From assembly GCA_013239625.1 (NCBI GenBank), contig MU053482.1:4347167-4411166 (forward strand): DNA of 64,000 nucleotides, in the 5' to 3' direction. The notes beneath the pieces are model-generated. The model made no database searches and was not told the DNA's origin. It saw only the letters and a program-made list of their open reading frames with translations. Shown in pieces: positions 61,229-64,000 of this stretch (position 1 is its first letter; each line of letters starts with the position of its first letter). The position numbers and the translations under genes are program-made. The stretch comes from Lama guanicoe (taxonomy: Eukaryota).

Positions 61229-64000
61229 ACCCTAATCTATGATTTGGAGGACAAACTTGGGAAAATCTCCAAGATTAGAGATAAAGGGAAAAGGAGATGG
61301 GAATGATGAGAGTAGGGTGATAACCATGGAAACAGATTGAACATCAAATCACAAATTAGTTGGTACCCAGAGCAAGAAGCTAATCTTGAGCTGGCACCTC
61401 TGGGACCATGCCAATGTGTAGGATCACTCTTAGACAAGACAGGTCCCTACCTGGGCCCCCACACTTTCCAGAGCCCTGCTTTGGCCCTCCTCTGGCCGTG
61501 CCCCTCCCTCAGTTGCTTAATTCCTAAATGTGCCCAGCCAGTGGCAATTTGCCTCTGATTGCACAGGTCTGCCCTAGCAAAATACATCTCCTCATGCCTG
61601 GGGGTTTGAAAAGCTGAGTCCCTACCCCTGAGCGAAATGCTGGGGAGAGCTGCTACTGCTGTTTATGGTGACAGCTGTGTGTGGCCACTATAGGAGCTTC
61701 TGTGCGAGGCCACCCTTGATTCATCACAAGAAGCTAGGAGGGGCATGGACAGGGCTTCTGGACTTGCTGCTATTATTCACAGATTGTGACGTCAACTTGG
61801 CTAGGCATTCTGGGAATGGGCTGGGGGTGTTGTTTGTCCCCTAACCTGTAGTACAGTAGGGCAACTTGCTTGACCAAGACACACTCAAGTCAGACCAAGG
61901 CCCCAGACAAAGGCTGAGAGTCAAGACCACTCTCCTGGCCCACTAAACCCTGGGATGTAGGAACTGTATTGAAACTAGCGTCCTGGCATAAGGCCAGGAT
62001 AAGGGAGGAAGGCTGCAGCCTGGTGCTCCTACAGCCACCTCCTGCTCAGCTCACTTGTTCTAGACAGCCTGTCACAGGGCGTGGGGCAGCAGGTGAACTC
62101 TGCAAGTCACTCTCTGTTGGAGAGGGAATTTCCACCCGGCCAGGCCAGGCTCCCCTTGGCTGCACGCCGAGGCAGGGTTGAGCCTGACGGTGGCTAGTTG
62201 TACAAGTCGGCAGCTGGGGAGGCCTGGAGATGGTGAACCAGCATGGCTGGATGGGGAGCTTGCTGGGGTTCCAAAGGCATCCACCCCTTTCGGACTGAGC
62301 CCAGAGTCAGCTTAACCCAGAGTCGCTGCTCTGGGGGTGATGACAAGAAGAACCGTGGCAGGAATCCCGATGTCACTTCTGATGATTCTCTCTCTGAGAC
62401 TTGGATTCCTCATCTGGAAAATGGGGCTAATAAAATCATAGATCTGTCAATTCAAATTAAAAGGGGTAAGATTTGGGTGGAAGTAGCAGGCACAGAGCTC
62501 ATGGCCAGTCTACATCAGTGTCCTTCCTCTGCTCCCAGGGAGGCTGGGACACCATCGCCACAAAGGGTGACGTGAGTGGGCTCCAGAGCCCGTGTGAACC
62601 CCGGGCCTGCATCTCCCTCTAAAATGAGAACTTCTCTCCCCACGGGATGATTATGAAGCCGGGGTGAGGTTACCCATGCAGAGCACTTCACAGCTATGCC
62701 TTCAGTATATGTTAGAAAAAGGAAGCCCCGTGACCCCGTGCTTCTCAGAAGGAAACAGAAGCAACTGGGGTGTGTTGAATTCACTCCTCTAGCATCGCAG
62801 GACAAAGGAGAAGTGAACGGCCATGGTATGACTTTCAAGGTGGTGCCAGCTCTGCTCTAAGCCCTGGTTCTGGTCAGCGTGAATGCTGGCCTTTGGCTGA
62901 AACCTCCAGTCTGTAATGTGCTTCGCCACCTGTCGCCCGGGCTTGTTAGTCCAAGGCAGCAAGTGGATCTGTCTAGCGACAGACGAAGCCCCATGTGCAC
63001 ACTGCCAGGGTCTGAGGCTGCGTCCAAAAACAACGTCCACCCAGAGGATGGAGCCAGCCTGGCCAGTCCGTTCTCCAGGCTGGAAACGTAGGCTCGCGGC
63101 TCCAGACAGATGGCTCTGATGTTTTTCCTTGCTCAGTTCAGGAGGAAGCCTCGTCTTGTGTATGGAGCACATTTTCTTGCTCTTCTTTACCAAACAGGTT
63201 AAAAAATCCTCCTGTTTTGGAAAATGCAGTGGAAAGGGGGAGGGCAACGTATACGCCATTCCGCCTCCTGAGGAGCACGGGTCCTGCTCAGTGACTCCCC
63301 TTTGGATATGCAAGGTGGCCGGGAGCGAGTTGGAGAGGAGGGACCAGTCACTAGAGAAGGCAAAGAAGAGAGGGAATGGGTGGGACGCCACGCTCCTAGC
63401 TGAGGAAATGGCTAAGGAACATTCTAGGAACAGGAACATCGAATATCCAAACGTTTTTTCATGCAAATGTTCAGTTAAGTCTGGTAGACACACAACATCA
63501 CATGTGAGGTAGTGTGTGTGTGTGTAAATTCAGAAGAGGGATGAGCTCCACGTCTGAGCAAACATGGTATGGACATGACACCACGAGGGACTACAGAAAT
63601 CTTAGAGAGGAATTGGAATTACACAATCAAGGAATGGGGGTTCACATCCATCTCCAGGGCTCACAGGCCGGGGAGATCCCAGCTGACATCAGCTGCGTAC
63701 CAGGTCAGACCAATGATCATCCCACTGAGTCCTGGTCTTGCAGTCCTGTTCAATGTCTTACTGGGATGAAGTCTGCAGCAGCTACTCCCTCTGCTCAGCC
63801 TTGCCTTATTTACTTTTGCTTGCCAAGGCAAACAGGCATGTCGAGAAATGAAGCTTTTGTTGTGAGTGCCCTGAACCCTGTATTTGCAGGTGGAAGTCAG
63901 AGTAGTTTCCAGAAATCGCCTGGGGATTCCGAGGACAGCGTGCCTGGAGTTGGTCTCACAGGCCTGTACCCCTGTACTGTGCCCTGTACCCTGCTGCTGC

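Noticed and set aside
62789..63493. 234-aa minus-strand ORF
   Set aside because: No recognisable homology or domain, non-ATG start, no supporting exon structure

Overview
Mammalian genomic DNA, most likely camelid (Camelus/Vicugna/Lama). The species inference rests on a camelid-type tRNA-derived SINE and L1 3' tail, and on not recognising any Alu, B1/B2 or Bov-A/B elements. The only supportable protein-coding sequence is the first coding exon of GALNT18 (polypeptide N-acetylgalactosaminyltransferase 18) on the minus strand (CDS 22350->22116, phase-1 GT donor), inside a CpG-island promoter. Positions 1-22115 are GALNT18 intron 1. Positions ~22800-64000 are repeat-rich upstream intergenic DNA (L1, HAL1, L2, MIR, MaLR/ERVL LTRs, hAT and Tigger DNA transposons). 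Almost all other ORFs in the track are chance or repeat-derived. I see no evidence of a novel multi-gene system. The most interesting signals are: the GALNT18 5' leader (strong-context uORF, overlapping out-of-frame uORF, canonical G-quadruplex motif, CCG repeat); an apparent seed-diverged ortholog of human MIR4299; a strong CTCF motif; candidate enhancers; a three-level nested transposon; and an AT-rich palindromic tract. Repeat family names come from recalled consensus sequences, not from a search, and repeat boundaries are approximate.
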